From Chiloscyllium plagiosum (Eukaryota), in contig NC_057749.1 in the NCBI RefSeq assembly GCF_004010195.1, positions 16,881,750 to 16,945,749 of the forward strand: a DNA stretch of 64,000 nucleotides, written 5' to 3'. Each line of letters starts with the position of its first letter. The stretch's first letter is position 1. This document shows, piece by piece, positions 61,281-64,000 of the stretch. A model generated the notes under the pieces. It was not told the DNA's origin. It did not search any database and worked only from the letters and a program-made list of their open reading frames with translations. The position numbers were made by a program, and so were the translations under genes.

Positions 61281-62894
61281 TTTATTCTGGTACAGAAAAT
61301 GATTTGGAAGACAAACACTATGTCGACATTTATTGCAAAGGGGATGGAATATAAAAAAGAGGGGGATTGCATTAGAGGTAGCTTAGATAAGGCTCCCGCA
61401 ATGAATGTGATGTTTTTCCGTAAGGAAATTTGGACAGATGTGGTGTGTATTGATTGGAGTTGAGAAGACCAAGAGGCAATCTCACTGAAACAAGGGTCCT
61501 GAAGGAACTGGACATGGTAGATGCTGAAAGGATGTTTCTCTTTGTGGGAGCTTTTTGAAATTGGGGACATGATTCTGGGGTCTCTGATTTAATGTAGAGG
61601 TTTGCCAAACTGTGGCTTTCTCTTCCTTACAGAACAGTGAAGATAGTCATTGAATTGTTTTAAGGCCGAGTTAGATTGATTCTTACTTACAGGTCTAAGG
61701 GGAAGCTATCCAATAAGGAATTGAAGGCACAATCAGATCAGTCATGATCTTATTAAACAGTAGTATGTGCTTAAGGGGCTGAATGATCTACTTCTGCCTC
61801 TAGCGTATATGTTCATATACTGTACATGATGAACTAGCATATAGAAGAGCATCTTTGCCCAGATGACACCTAATGAGACACCCTGAAAGAAACGATGCTT
61901 TCAACATCTTGGTTCACATTGTTTGGGGTTTGTACATAAACACTCAGCACAACTGCGCCTTGCACCCCATCATCGTGCAATGTGCATGACTGGTGACCTG
62001 AGCAATTGCACCTCATCTGTACAAATTGCCAGAATGGGATGTACTCCACGCTCTTGTCCAGGTCTAGGCTGATAATCTTGCTGCTGGAACTCCAATTGTG
62101 AGGTTTCTGTATTGGCAATAACCCCAACATCATTCCTCCAAATTGTAGTGAGACTAACTGGTCAGAAAAACACAGAATAGGGAGGCTCCAGTGTTTGAAT
62201 CTCAGTCTTACAGAGTTATCTGACTTCACTGGAGCACCATTACAGAAACTAAGACTGACCTGTTTGCTTCTGAGAGGAGGAGTACAGCCTAAGCCTGTTG
62301 TTAAGTAGCAAATCAGGTGATACTCAAAGTTCAAAAACTTATATAGGATTTCAAAAGAGTTTCCTTAGAAATTTAATTAATTCTTGTGGTATTATGTGCA
62401 ATAAGGCTGGTGGTTTATGCCCATTCTTGAGGAGGCAGTGCCAAGTGCTTTCCATGGTGCAAGGAGCACCTGAAGTGATTTGATGCGCAGTAGTGTCTTG
62501 TCAGCACATTTCAAGGGGAAGTTAAGAGTCAACGACCTTGCAGTGGGGGTGCTGGTAGAAGGCCAAGAAAGGACAACAGGTTTCCTTCCCTATAGGATTG
62601 TTGTGAATAGGTTATGCTTTAATCACAATCAAATTTTACTGGTGTGGCTTTTTGCTTCCAGATTTAATAAACGCAATCTTGTGACACAAACTATGCTGGT
62701 TGGAACTTACTAAATGGCTGACAAAGCAAACAATGAAATACAGTAAAAGATGGAAGGCCCACATTTGTATCACACTGTGCACAACATCAGGACATCCCAA
62801 AGTACATCTCAGCTGTAAAGTACTTTTAAAGTGTAGTCACTGTTAACAATGTAGGAAAAGGTGACAGCACACTCTCACAATCAACCAGTGACCA

Positions 62895-63195
62895 GATTAG
62901 ATTATATTAGACTCCCTACAGCATGGAAACAGGCCCTTTGGCCCAACCAGTCCACACCGACCCTCCGAAGAGTAACCCAACCAGACCCATTTCCCTCTGA
63001 CTAATGCACCACGGGAATTTAGCATGGCCAATTCACCTAACCTGCACATCTGTGGATCGTGGGAGTAAAACCTGAGCACCCGGAGGAAACCCACGCAGAC
63101 ACTGGGAGAATGTGCAAACTCCACACAGACAGTCACCAGAGGCTGGAATTGAACCTGGGACCCTGGTTGCTAACCACTGAGCCACTGTGCCACCC
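62895..63195 (-). mobile_element. HE1-like V-SINE
   Basis: Tail, V-domain and head on the minus strand. Confidence 0.85.
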
Positions 63196-64000
63196 TGATA
63201 ATCTGGTTTTTTGTAATGTTGGTTGAATGACAATTTGACTAAAATACTTGGGAGACCTCCCCTGCTCCTTTGTGAAAACTCCCTGTGGAAGCCTTAATGC
63301 TTACCAGCCTCTCAGACTGAAGTTTAAAGTCTCATCTGAAAAATGGCCAACCTGTCTTGCTCAGTACTGGTTTTGTAGTGTCAGCACGGATTAAGTGATC
63401 AAGTCTCTGGAAAGTGCATAAACAATGTTCACAAGAAAACAAAAAAAAGGATTTGTTTTTTACAAGGAGAGATTAAATGTTACTCTGGGAGACCATTCTG
63501 AATTGCAATTTTTGCATATAATAGGCACTGACACCATTGTTTATTTGTACATTAACAGGGGTCACAACAGACAGGGGTGCACTGGACCGAAACAGGCATG
63601 TTTCACAGTGGATCAGCAGCAGCGTAATTTATTTGGTGCAGCAGTAAATCAGCTCAATGTCAGCTTCTTGCACAATTTCAAATATTTTATTGTGCAAGCT
63701 GACAAGGAAGGACATGTGGGAGCTATCACAGGGAACTGCAAAACTGTCTCCAAGGTAAACCTGTAGTGATGAGACTTCAGGATAAACTGTGACGCCTGAA
63801 CAGAGTAATTCCACTGTCAGCTTGGGTTCAATGGGTAACATCTCGGCTTCCAAATCAAGGATTCTGAGTTCCAGCTCCACCCGAGAGCATTAATTCAAGC
63901 TGCCCCTGTACTGGAGTGTGGTAGTGTCAAAGCTGTTGGCTTTCCAATGAGGTATTAAAGGCCTGTCTGCCCTCTCAACCAGACAAACAGCAAGGCACTT

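Larger units (their letters stand above)
60420..61815 (+). mobile_element. Old CR1 fragment interrupted by a V-SINE
   Basis: FYINDLDKGVECTLGKFSDDT; CR1-like 3' end near 61780-61815. Confidence 0.65.

Noticed and set aside
61870..62334. 154-aa ORF containing PNNVNQ, a candidate for CRTC3 exon 2 (GGSLPNVNQ)
   Set aside because: It lacks GGSL and the surrounding conserved sequence; exon 2 is probably outside the window.

Overview
This is vertebrate genomic DNA, almost certainly from a shark: the repeat set is HE1-like V-SINEs, CR1/HER1-like LINEs, Deu-domain SINEs and Penelope-like elements. One protein-coding gene dominates. It is a CRTC-family CREB coactivator, best matching CRTC3, on the minus strand. 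I reconstructed 13 coding exons (probably exons 3-15, 56205 down to 13932). They splice in phase to 1716 nt (571 aa plus stop); exons 1-2 lie beyond the right edge. The intron after the first visible exon is a ~16.4-kb U12-type AT-AC intron. The encoded protein has both the CRTC3-type PP2A-docking segment and CRTC1/2-type calcineurin PxIxIT-like motifs. The rest is 3' UTR, introns and intergenic DNA full of retroelements and minisatellites. The most striking non-coding signal is a set of Penelope-like elements and short fold-back derivatives, from at least four sequence families. All carry the same minimal hammerhead-ribozyme layout: CUGANGA-N-stem II-GAA-palindromic ACGU/AGCU-H, with covarying stems. 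Two intact copies lie on the pre-mRNA strand inside the U12 intron. A 300-N assembly gap is at 48772-49071. Almost all ORFs in the supplied track are spurious or repeat-derived. Repeat boundaries were read by eye and are approximate.
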